From Candidatus Woesearchaeota archaeon (GTDB lineage: Archaea > Nanobdellota > Nanobdellia > Woesearchaeales > 21-14-0-10-32-9), in assembly GCA_003560545.1 (NCBI GenBank), contig PWLK01000081.1, forward strand, positions 1 through 32,135: a stretch of 32,135 nucleotides of DNA, given 5' to 3'. This document shows positions 8,422 through 15,889 of this stretch, in pieces. Each line of letters opens with the position of its first letter. Within the stretch, counting starts at the first letter, position 1. A program made the position numbers and the translations under genes. The notes under the pieces are model-generated. The model was not told where the DNA came from. It did not search any database and saw nothing but the letters and a program-made list of their open reading frames with translations.

Positions 8422-8940
8422 ATGCTTGGAAAGAAAGGAATGGAAATTTCTATAAACGTAATAGTAATGATAATACTAGGCATAATAATGTTCGGCGCAG
8501 CAATGGCAATATTTAACAATGTTTACAGCAACGTAGTCGACCTGGAATACCAAGTAAGTGAGCAAATAAGAGACAGAACCATAAGGAATTTTCCAAGCGA
8601 CCAACTAGTATACCTGCCTGAAACTAATAAGGCACCTGCGAGAAGGCTGTTCCGCACCGAAAACCAAGTCGTATTCTACGTAGGCATATACAACAACTAC
8701 ACTGAAACCAAAGAGTTCCATATGAACATAGAACCAACAAGCGCCAGCCAAGAGGTGCTTGATAACCGGCTAACATCCCTTGAAACAGTAAGCATACCTC
8801 AAAGGCAGCAAGACGTTCATTTCTTTATAGTAGACGTTGAAGGTCTTGAACGAGGGCAATACGGAATAATAGTAAACGTAACAACAGACGATGGAATACA
8901 GCATGGGCGGACAAGGATAGCGTACGTAAACCTAAACTAG
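8422..8940 (+). CDS. Pilin-like secreted protein (class-III-like signal plus a beta-rich domain)
   Basis: MLGKKG|MEISINVIVMIILGIIMFGAAMAIF. The track gives an upstream GTG at 8413, but ATG 8422 is preferred. Confidence 0.5.
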   Translation: MLGKKGMEISINVIVMIILGIIMFGAAMAIFNNVYSNVVDLEYQVSEQIRDRTIRNFPSDQLVYLPETNKAPARRLFRTENQVVFYVGIYNNYTETKEFHMNIEPTSASQEVLDNRLTSLETVSIPQRQQDVHFFIVDVEGLERGQYGIIVNVTTDDGIQHGRTRIAYVNLN

Positions 8941-9621
8941 CCCTTCAAGCATAGCAATCATTTCCTTGTACGGATTCTTAGCCTTAACAACACCTGAAGC
9001 CACCAACACTCCTTTAGCCCCAAGCCTCACAGAGTCTTGAACGTCTTTCGTTGTATGAATACCTGCACCGCAAAGAACAGGAATCCTTGATACACGGAGA
9101 ACGCTTTTCACGCTTTTCTCAACTACTTCCGGGCTGGCCTGGCTAACCGAAACATTACCACCGATTAATTCGGGTGGCTCAACGGCAACCATGTGAGGAT
9201 GGTAAGAAGCAACTTTGGCAGCCTTCGTGTTATTAGTAGCACAGCAAACCGTTACCAAGCCTAATTCTTTACAACGCCTAATAGCCTCGGAAAGAACGTT
9301 ATCAGAAAGCTTTTTCTCTGAATGATTAAGCAGCGTTCCTTTCGCCCCGGCATCCTTGAGTGCTTCTGGGGAAACACTGCCTGTATGCGCGCCTTGAGGC
9401 TCAGGGTCAGCGTGTTGTGCGAGTACGGGTATGCTTACTTTGCCTGCAACCATTCTTAGGTCTGTTGGCTGTACGGCTATCATGACTTGCTTACCTGTTT
9501 TCTTAGAAGCTTTTTCTGCTAGCAAGGCAAGCTTTAAAGCGTTCTTACCAGTGCTTTCCTTGTACGTCTTAAAATTAATGATGAGCACCGGTGTTTTCAA
9601 GGGCTTGTAAGGCATGCTCAT
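8932..9621 (-). CDS. tpiA: Triosephosphate isomerase (archaeal type)
   Basis: PVLIINFKTYKESTG..., LLNHSEKK, VAVEPPELIGG, VLCGAGI. About 229 aa, typical of archaeal TIM. Confidence 0.85.
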   Translation of the reverse strand: MSMPYKPLKTPVLIINFKTYKESTGKNALKLALLAEKASKKTGKQVMIAVQPTDLRMVAGKVSIPVLAQHADPEPQGAHTGSVSPEALKDAGAKGTLLNHSEKKLSDNVLSEAIRRCKELGLVTVCCATNNTKAAKVASYHPHMVAVEPPELIGGNVSVSQASPEVVEKSVKSVLRVSRIPVLCGAGIHTTKDVQDSVRLGAKGVLVASGVVKAKNPYKEMIAMLEGLV

Positions 9622-9639
9622 AGAATCGTTGGACGGGTT

Positions 9640-10416
9640 TTATATAGTTTTGGATTTCCTTGTAATCTTGTAGATGAAATATACTGCTAGTATCGTGAAA
9701 CCAAGTGACAGGTATTGCCCTGTACTGATACCTAGGAGTATGGCTTCGCCCGTAGGGTCTCTTAGGAAGTCAAGGAAGAACCTTGTTGAGTTGTACAATA
9801 ATACGAAGTACCAGAATAAAAGACCTTCTTTTAATTTCCAGGTCTTGCTAACAAAGTATAATACTCCTGTAAGGAAGAAGTCTTTTGCAGCAGCGTACAA
9901 CTGGTAGGGATGCCTGCACCCGTCGAAGCCGGGGAAGACAACGCACCAAGGAGCATCGCTCCTCGTACCTGGGAGTTCGCCGTTGATAAAATTAGCTATC
10001 CTTCCAAGTGCTAGGAAGAAAAAAGCAGGCAGAGCCATCAGGTCTGCCAGGGAGTAAAACCTTACGTTGTATCTCTTGGAAAAAAGATGTATTGCTATCA
10101 TCGCTCCGATTAGGCCTCCGTGGAAAGACATGCCGCCGTGCCAGACCATGAATAATTCTAAAGGATTTGCGAGGAAGGCGCCTGGAGAGTAAAATATGAA
10201 TGTAAATATTCTCGCGCCTAGGATAACGCCTAATAATAAGTATATCATGAACACATCTAACTTGTCCTTGTCCATGCCTTTCACGCGGTGTTTCTTGACT
10301 TGGTGGGACATGAAGAAGTATATGAATAAAAAACCGAGGAAGTAGACTAACCCGTAATACCTTACCTGGAGGAAGCCTAAGTCCAATAAAACCGGGTTTA
10401 TATCGTGTATAAACAA
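9640..10416 (-). CDS. lgt: Prolipoprotein (phosphatidylglycerol) diacylglyceryl transferase, bacterial type
   Basis: YYGLVYFLGFL, VWHGGMSFHGGLIGAMIA, LGRIANFINGELPGT, RHPYQLY and FLDFLRDP match the E. coli Lgt signature blocks. Multi-pass membrane protein. Confidence 0.85.
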   Translation of the reverse strand: MFIHDINPVLLDLGFLQVRYYGLVYFLGFLFIYFFMSHQVKKHRVKGMDKDKLDVFMIYLLLGVILGARIFTFIFYSPGAFLANPLELFMVWHGGMSFHGGLIGAMIAIHLFSKRYNVRFYSLADLMALPAFFFLALGRIANFINGELPGTRSDAPWCVVFPGFDGCRHPYQLYAAAKDFFLTGVLYFVSKTWKLKEGLLFWYFVLLYNSTRFFLDFLRDPTGEAILLGISTGQYLSLGFTILAVYFIYKITRKSKTI

Positions 10417-10432
10417 TTTGTAGTCCTCGTGT

Positions 10433-10744
10433 TCATAGCTGGAAAGTATCAGTTATTTTTTGCTTGAACTGGTCTTTGGGGAGAGCTCCCACGATCCTTC
10501 CCAGTTCTTCTCCGTCTTTGTACATGATGAGAGTTGGTATTCCGCGCACGCCTGCTGTAGCCGCTACTTCTCCGTGCTCGTCAACGTTGAGCTTGGCGAA
10601 AGTCACGCTTTCCATTTCCTTGCTCAACTCCTCGAATACAGGAGCTATCATCTTGCAAGGCGCGCACCACTCAGCCCAGAAATCCACTATTACGTTGCCT
10701 TTCGATATTACGTCTTTAAAGTTCTCTGTTGTTACTTCCTGCAT
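10433..10744 (-). CDS. trxA: Thioredoxin
   Basis: VDFWAEWCAPCK active site, GIPTLIMYKDGE. 103 aa. Confidence 0.9.
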   Translation of the reverse strand: MQEVTTENFKDVISKGNVIVDFWAEWCAPCKMIAPVFEELSKEMESVTFAKLNVDEHGEVAATAGVRGIPTLIMYKDGEELGRIVGALPKDQFKQKITDTFQL

Positions 10745-10783
10745 TTTAATACCACCCAGAGGACTTGTAACTGCAGGTTATTT

Positions 10784-10975
10784 TTATAAGTTGCCTTTTT
10801 TTCTTGAAAGAACGTTTTGGTTGTCAGTCAAAACTTCTTTTACTCCTTCTTCTTTATTCAAATCTGAGAACCTGAAGAGAAGCGAGCATTGCTCGCAGTG
10901 ATACCTGTACTTGTAGTTTCCTTTAACATCAGAACTGCACACAGGGCAACCGGAACCAATAATTTTTACGTACAT
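10784..10975 (-). CDS. Small zinc-ribbon protein, function unknown
   Basis: Start moved to ATG 10975 (MYVKIIGSGCPVCSS...YHCEQCSL). Two CxxC pairs. Confidence 0.4.
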   Translation of the reverse strand: MYVKIIGSGCPVCSSDVKGNYKYRYHCEQCSLLFRFSDLNKEEGVKEVLTDNQNVLSRKKGNL

Positions 10976-11130
10976 ATCAAGGAAAAGGTAGTATTGATAT
11001 GTTTTTATGGTTTGCTGAAATAAAAAGAATTTGTTAGGGAACCATAAGCTTTTTAAACACCTCGTTATTTCTCGGAGCGGGTTTAGAGGTTCTAGCACAG
11101 ACCATAAAATCAAGAAAGGTGTTTATGTAA

Positions 11131-11556
11131 ATGAAAGATGTTGATCATGGATTAGTCGTGGAAAAGCTCGCGGAGAAGCTTGAAGGGACTGTTAAGGCTC
11201 CTGAATGGGCTGGTTATGTAAAGACAGGACATGGAAAGCAAAGGCCTCCTATCAGGAATGACTGGTGGAACGTCCGGTCTGCAGCGGTCTTGCTAAGCAT
11301 TCAAAAGCTGGGACCTGTAGGTGTTTCAAAGCTAAGCGTTAAGTATGGTACAAAGAAAGACATGGGTGTAAGGCCTGAGAAGGCAACGCCTGGATCAAGG
11401 AGTGTTCTGAGGAAGATATTGCAACAGTTAGAAGCCGGCAAGCTTGTAAAGCAAGCAGAGAAAGGCAATCATAAAGGCAGAATTGTCACAAATGACGGTA
11501 TAAAGCTTATATCAGAGGCTTCCAGGGAAGCAAAGAAAAGCGCTGGGGGTAAATGA
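11131..11556 (+). CDS. rps19e: Ribosomal protein eS19 (S19e)
   Basis: PEWAGYVKTGHGKQRPP..DWWNVRSAAVL...GRIVT. GGTG Shine-Dalgarno 8 nt upstream. Confidence 0.9.
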   Translation: MKDVDHGLVVEKLAEKLEGTVKAPEWAGYVKTGHGKQRPPIRNDWWNVRSAAVLLSIQKLGPVGVSKLSVKYGTKKDMGVRPEKATPGSRSVLRKILQQLEAGKLVKQAEKGNHKGRIVTNDGIKLISEASREAKKSAGGK

Positions 11557-11732
11557 AAATGTCGAGATTCATAAACATAGCGAAAAAGCTAAGGCTTATC
11601 AAGAAGTCAAGGCAGAACAGATGGGCTCCGTTTTGGACCGTGCCAAAAATATATGGGACTGGCAGGAGAATGCATCCTGGAAGGCATACAACAGTGAAAA
11701 GGAACTGGAGAAGGAATAAGACCAAGGTATGA
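11553..11732 (+). CDS. rpl39e: Ribosomal protein eL39 (L39e). Below the ORF-track length cutoff.
   Basis: Hand translation: MKMSRFINIAKKLRLIKKSRQNRWAPFWTVPKIYGTGRRMHPGRHTTVKRNWRRNKTKV. ATGA overlap with the S19e stop. Conserved archaeal order S19e-L39e-L31e. Confidence 0.85.
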   Translation: MKMSRFINIAKKLRLIKKSRQNRWAPFWTVPKIYGTGRRMHPGRHTTVKRNWRRNKTKV

Positions 11733-11739
11733 AGGTGGC

Positions 11740-12237
11740 ATGGAAATGAGCGAGGAAAGAACTTATACGATTCCGTTAAGAAAAGATTTTATCAAAGTCC
11801 CAAGGTATTACAGGGCTAAACGAGCTGTCAACCAGGTAAAAGGCTATATTTCGAAGCACATGAAGGTTGAAAACGTGAAAATAGGCAGGATTCTGAACGA
11901 AGAAATATGGGCTGATGGAATAAGAAACCCTCCTGGGAAAGTCACGGTTAAAGCAATCAAAGACGGGAACACCGCGAAAGTAGAGCTTGAAGGTCATGCT
12001 TACAAAGTAGAAAAAGTGCAGACGGAGAAAACAGAACAGCCTTCAACCCTGAAAGATAAGCTGGCAGCAAAGATGGGCGCTGACAAGGAAGAACCCGCTG
12101 AGGAAAAAGAAGAAGGAAAAAAGGCGGAAGAGAAGCCTGAGGAAGCGCCTAAACAGGAAGAAAAAGAAGGAAAACCTGAAAGCAAGCCAGCTGCGAAGAA
12201 AAAATCTGTGAAGAAGGCCACGGCTAAAAAAGAATAA
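11740..12237 (+). CDS. rpl31e: Ribosomal protein eL31 (L31e) with a long Lys/Glu-rich C-terminal tail
   Basis: ERTYTIPLRK...PRYYRAKRAV...EEIWADGIRNPPGKVTVKA. The tail starts at about residue 88. Confidence 0.85.
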   Translation: MEMSEERTYTIPLRKDFIKVPRYYRAKRAVNQVKGYISKHMKVENVKIGRILNEEIWADGIRNPPGKVTVKAIKDGNTAKVELEGHAYKVEKVQTEKTEQPSTLKDKLAAKMGADKEEPAEEKEEGKKAEEKPEEAPKQEEKEGKPESKPAAKKKSVKKATAKKE

Positions 12238-12255
12238 AAAAAACGTGTTTCTCTT

Positions 12256-12561
12256 CTATAATTGGGCTTCAAGTTTCTTAAGAGAACTGTCCAGTGCTAC
12301 GAACAAGTTTCTTTCAACAGCCTCAGAGGTCTTGGTCTTGCCTTCGTGGACGAGTTTTGCGTGGACTTCGTATTTCTCGGAGGCCTCAGTCTTATGCACT
12401 TTCTTTAGGTGCACGCTAAGAGTTTCATAGCCTTCGATGTTATCTGAGAATTTCCTTGCATAACTGCCAACGATTTTCTTAACAACAACCATTTCCCCCG
12501 GGCTTATTTCTTTGAAGCCTGACAACTGTATGCTGCCGCCAAGTTCTTGTGTGTCATCCAT
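12256..12561 (-). CDS. HPF/RaiA (ribosomal S30AE family)-like protein. Putative ribosome-associated hibernation factor.
   Basis: 101 aa. IQLSGFKEISPGEMVVVKKIVGSYARKF...LSVHLKK...YEVHAKL...NLFVALDSSLKKLEAQL aligns in pattern with E. coli HPF/YfiA (..NITG..EIT.A.R..V..K..KL.....V.L......A.I......DMYAAID.LI.KLERQL). Confidence 0.5.
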   Translation of the reverse strand: MDDTQELGGSIQLSGFKEISPGEMVVVKKIVGSYARKFSDNIEGYETLSVHLKKVHKTEASEKYEVHAKLVHEGKTKTSEAVERNLFVALDSSLKKLEAQL

Positions 12562-12734
12562 TTTGCCAGTAAAAATACATATAATATCATATTAAGGCAT
12601 GAACTGAATTTAAATATTTTATGGGTTTAACAAAGCAAGATTTATAAATAAAAGGGTGCTCCTTAATAGTGGTTGATGTGGCGAGTTGCTTCGCTGAAAA
12701 CCCCAAAAAAAGATTATAATGGAGGCAGAACATA

Positions 12735-13304
12735 ATGGGATACCTAAAATACTTTAAAGAAACCTGGAAGAAACAAGGAAAAGAATTCTCAGACGCGATG
12801 GCTGAAAAACTCATAAAGTGGAGGAAAGAGCCATCAATGGTAAAAGTAGAAAGACCGACAAGGATTGACAGGGCGAGAAGCCTGGGCTACAAGGCAAAAC
12901 CCGGATTCGTAGTTGTAAGACATAAAATGACTAGAGGAGGAAAACAAAGGCCTTCCATAAAAGGAGGCAGAAGGACTAAGACGTCAAGGCAATGGCTTGT
13001 TCTGGAAAAGAATTACCAGCAACTCTCAGAAGAAAGAGTGAACAAGAAACACCCTAACTGCGAAGTCCTCGGAAGCTACTTCATAGCAGATGACGGAAAA
13101 AGCATATGGCACGAAGTCATACTGATAGACAGGGATAACCCCAATGTTTACATGAACAAAAACACGTCTTGGGCGAGAGACACAAAAGGAAAAGCTCACA
13201 GGGGACTGACAAGCGCTGCCAGGAAATCAAGAGGCCTCAGAAAGAAAGGAATGGGAAGCGAGAAAACAAGGCCTAGCCTGAAAACCAACAAAGGACGACA
13301 CTAA
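12735..13304 (+). CDS. rpl15e: Ribosomal protein eL15 (L15e)
   Basis: MGYLKYFKETWKKQ...VERPTRIDRARSLGYKAKPGFVVVR. GGAGG Shine-Dalgarno upstream. Confidence 0.9.
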   Translation: MGYLKYFKETWKKQGKEFSDAMAEKLIKWRKEPSMVKVERPTRIDRARSLGYKAKPGFVVVRHKMTRGGKQRPSIKGGRRTKTSRQWLVLEKNYQQLSEERVNKKHPNCEVLGSYFIADDGKSIWHEVILIDRDNPNVYMNKNTSWARDTKGKAHRGLTSAARKSRGLRKKGMGSEKTRPSLKTNKGRH

Positions 13305-13322
13305 AAAAAACAATTTTTTTTT
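13303..13322. terminator. Bidirectional oligo-T terminator between convergent genes
   Basis: A8-caa-T9 gives a T-run on both strands immediately after both stop codons. Confidence 0.4.
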
Positions 13323-13323
13323 A

Positions 13324-13464
13324 TTAGTTTTCCTCGGAATACTGCTGCTGTTCCAAGAAATCATTGTACTCCTCTTCAGGCAAAGACACTATCTCCCTGA
13401 AAACAGTTACCCTGGCACCGCAGTTCAACTTCCGACTAATCCTCTCAACCCTGATATCATGCAT
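13324..13464 (-). CDS. Small hypothetical protein (46 aa)
   Basis: ATG 13464 is preceded by GGTTGGGGGTTGG (Shine-Dalgarno-like) and an AT-rich box. MHDIRVERISRKLNCGARVTVFREIVSLPEEEYNDFLEQQQYSEEN. No recognisable family. Confidence 0.35.
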   Translation of the reverse strand: MHDIRVERISRKLNCGARVTVFREIVSLPEEEYNDFLEQQQYSEEN

Positions 13465-13528
13465 TACAACCAACCCCCAACCGTTAAAAGAAAATATACA
13501 GATGTTTAAATGTTTTAATGAAGAAAAA

Positions 13529-14089
13529 TCACCTGCCAACAAACAAGTAATGCTTCTCCTTACCGCTTATCTCCTCAAGAATTCTCTTCGCAACAATTTT
13601 TTCAGGGCTGGAAATAAGCTTAACCCTCTTCTTAATATCCTCAAACGACTTAAAAGACTCCTCTTTTCTTTGCTCAACTATCTCAAGCATGTGCTTCTTG
13701 CCAACACCAGGCAAGAGCTCTATTATATGCATCCTAGTATTCAAAGGCTGCGCTGTATTGAAAAAACTAACAAACCGTTCTTCCTGGGATTTAACAAGGG
13801 AAAGGATTGCGTGCTCTAACTCAGACTTAGCAGTGCTTGTAAGCTTCTCAAAATGAATCCTGCCATTAATATGATGGATTTTATCCCTCTTAGATTCTCC
13901 TATGTACACTTGCTCTAAAGGCTGAAGAAAAACTCCTTTCTTCGGAACGACTTCTAATAATACAAAGCTATTCATGCCCAGTGCCTGAGCAACAGGCTTC
14001 TTCATATGAGACGGGGAAGGATCTGAAGCATAGCCGTGAACCAAGAAATCAAGGACTATAGCTTTGTCTTCTTTTTTTCTTTGCATCAT
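13529..14089 (-). CDS. DUF655 family protein (OB fold plus helix-hairpin-helix, putative RNA/nucleotide-binding)
   Basis: AIVLDFLVHGY...VAQALG...LLPGVGKKHMLEIVEQR. Conserved archaeal position downstream of L21e-rpoF. Start moved to ATG-ATG at 14089. Confidence 0.8.
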   Translation of the reverse strand: MMQRKKEDKAIVLDFLVHGYASDPSPSHMKKPVAQALGMNSFVLLEVVPKKGVFLQPLEQVYIGESKRDKIHHINGRIHFEKLTSTAKSELEHAILSLVKSQEERFVSFFNTAQPLNTRMHIIELLPGVGKKHMLEIVEQRKEESFKSFEDIKKRVKLISSPEKIVAKRILEEISGKEKHYLFVGR

Positions 14090-14172
14090 AACGAAAAACC
14101 CCCTAAAACCATTAAACAAGCAACACAGGACTTTATAAATTTTGTGAAAAAACCATAGAGAAAAAGATTTTT

Positions 14173-14520
14173 TTATTTCTTGTACTCCTTAACAGCCTTA
14201 ACAATGCTCGCCATGTTATCCTTGCTAACAGTTAAAGCATACCCTTGGAGTATAACACTTAAATCCTCAACAGAAGATGGCAGCAAGTCAACAATCTTAG
14301 AAATGTGCTCTTCTTTAAGCCTTGGAATATTTAACTCCTCTAATTTCTTCTTAAGCTCAGCACACGCAGTCTTAGAAAGAGGGGAAAACGAATTTACGTA
14401 CTCCTGTGTCTTGCCAGCCCTAAAGCTCATCTCTTCATCCCTCTTGCTAATCTTGCTAAGCTCTGCTTTTAACTCTGACAATGTAAGCGGCTTTTTATCA
14501 ACAACCTCAATCCTTGACAT
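14173..14520 (-). CDS. rpoF: DNA-directed RNA polymerase subunit F (Rpo4)
   Basis: 115 aa. LTLSELKAEL...TQEYVNSF...KIVDLLPSSVEDLSVIL. Synteny with L21e and DUF655. Confidence 0.8.
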   Translation of the reverse strand: MSRIEVVDKKPLTLSELKAELSKISKRDEEMSFRAGKTQEYVNSFSPLSKTACAELKKKLEELNIPRLKEEHISKIVDLLPSSVEDLSVILQGYALTVSKDNMASIVKAVKEYKK

Positions 14521-14536
14521 GGCATTAACACCTTCC

Positions 14537-14824
14537 CTAAACTTTTTTCAAATGAACGGGGTGGACTATCACTCTCTTCTCCTTCCCCATATCCCTAACT
14601 TTGACTTCATAACAAGAACCTTTCCTTGAACTTACAATGCCTGTCATCCCTATAAACCTGGGATCGTACAATCCTTCGTGTACGGCGGGCTCAACACCTA
14701 AAGAAACCCTGTCACCCTCGCTGAACTCTGTCAGGTACCTCTTAGCACTAATCTTGCCTTTCCTCTTCGCAGGCTTAGTAAAAACGGATGATGTCTTCCT
14801 CCTGGTTCCTCCAATTCTTGCCAT
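14537..14824 (-). CDS. rpl21e: Ribosomal protein eL21 (L21e)
   Basis: GGTRRKT...EFSEGDRVSLGVEPAVHEGLYDPRFIGMTGIV...VIVHPVHLKKV. Confidence 0.9.
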   Translation of the reverse strand: MARIGGTRRKTSSVFTKPAKRKGKISAKRYLTEFSEGDRVSLGVEPAVHEGLYDPRFIGMTGIVSSRKGSCYEVKVRDMGKEKRVIVHPVHLKKV

Positions 14825-14838
14825 TTTACACCTTCACA

Positions 14839-15564
14839 TCATTTCTTAACAGGCTTAGCTTCCGTTGTAGCAGCTTGCTTCGGAGCCAGCTTATTAATAA
14901 TATCTTCAGGAATCCCTTCTGCTTCCATGGCCTTCCTGGCCTGCTCAGGTTTTCCCTCATTCTCTTTCAATATGCCCTGAGCAGTCTTTTCAAGCTGAGC
15001 CCTCTTAGCTTCAAGCTCAGCCTGCATCTTCTTCTTCTCCTCATCAAGCTCTTTCTGCTCTTCAGCCGTAATCTCAGTTTTCTCCTGTTTGATCTCCTTG
15101 TCAAATTTTCCTTGGTTAACCATATCAATAGCTTCAGAAGCAGTGACTTCTTCCACTTTAACACCGATGGACCTGCAAGTCCCAATAACCTCTTTAACTT
15201 TTTCCTTCAAGGTCTTCCCGCTAAGGGAATCCTCTTTCATCTTTGCAATCTTAATAATCTGCTCTATCTTCAAATCCGCAACAAAATCTTCCTGGGGCTT
15301 ACCTGAACCCTTATCAACACCTGCTTCTTTCTTTACAAGAGCAGAAGCGGGCGGCGTTCCAATAGTAATACTGTAATCCTTGGTATCAGAATCAACTGTT
15401 ACCTTAACAGGCACTTGCATGCCCTTAAAACTAGCGGTTTTCTTGTTAATATCCGCAACCACTTGTCCTATGTTAACCCCTAGAGGTCCTAGAGCTGGCC
15501 CTAACGGGGGCGCCGCTGTGGCTTTCCCGCCTTCCACCAAAACATCTATTGCTGTTGAAGCCAT
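14839..15564 (-). CDS. rpl11: Ribosomal protein uL11 with a C-terminal extension of about 80 aa
   Basis: VLVEGGKATAAPPLGPALGPLGVNIGQVV...ITIGTPPASALVKKEAG. The body ends near residue 160, followed by a Glu/Lys-rich helical tail. Confidence 0.9.
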   Translation of the reverse strand: MASTAIDVLVEGGKATAAPPLGPALGPLGVNIGQVVADINKKTASFKGMQVPVKVTVDSDTKDYSITIGTPPASALVKKEAGVDKGSGKPQEDFVADLKIEQIIKIAKMKEDSLSGKTLKEKVKEVIGTCRSIGVKVEEVTASEAIDMVNQGKFDKEIKQEKTEITAEEQKELDEEKKKMQAELEAKRAQLEKTAQGILKENEGKPEQARKAMEAEGIPEDIINKLAPKQAATTEAKPVKK

Positions 15565-15652
15565 TTTTTATCCTCTTAACAAACCCCGTGGAATAAGCGT
15601 TTATTTATAAAGCTTTCTCAAGAGAAAACTTTTTATTTAAACAACACAATTT

Positions 15653-15889
15653 TTATCGCTCAGAATCCCTTGTTATGTACCCGCCTGCTAAGAAAGCCAC
15701 GCCTAGAACAATTACAAGGAAACCCATATACAAGTTGGACCTGGCATTACTACACACCATTCCAAGATGCAAAGCCTCTATGTACGCCGTGTGTTCCTCT
15801 GTAACAGTTTCTCCAAGAGCGGGAAACGCATAAGACTTGTTTGTAAAGTCACCATAGTAATCCTGGCAGTAATAATAATCAGAGTACAC
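15653..15889 (-). CDS. Small Tyr/Cys-containing membrane protein, function unknown. The 5' boundary is uncertain.
   Basis: First canonical start is GTG 15889. C-terminal TM MGFLVIVLGVAFLAGGYI. The in-frame upstream sequence encodes a signal-anchor-like helix (see findings). Confidence 0.4.
   Translation of the reverse strand: MYSDYYYCQDYYGDFTNKSYAFPALGETVTEEHTAYIEALHLGMVCSNARSNLYMGFLVIVLGVAFLAGGYITRDSER

Noticed and set aside
12000-12272. 90-aa antisense ORF over the L31e tail
   Set aside because: It is the mirror image of the Lys/Glu-rich repeat region (a Ser/Phe-rich translation), so it is not an independent gene.
12651-12734. Possible structured leader (GCGAG-TTGC-TTCGC hairpin) upstream of L15e as an autoregulatory element
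   Set aside because: It is only a 5-bp stem with a wobble pair, too weak to claim without covariation data.
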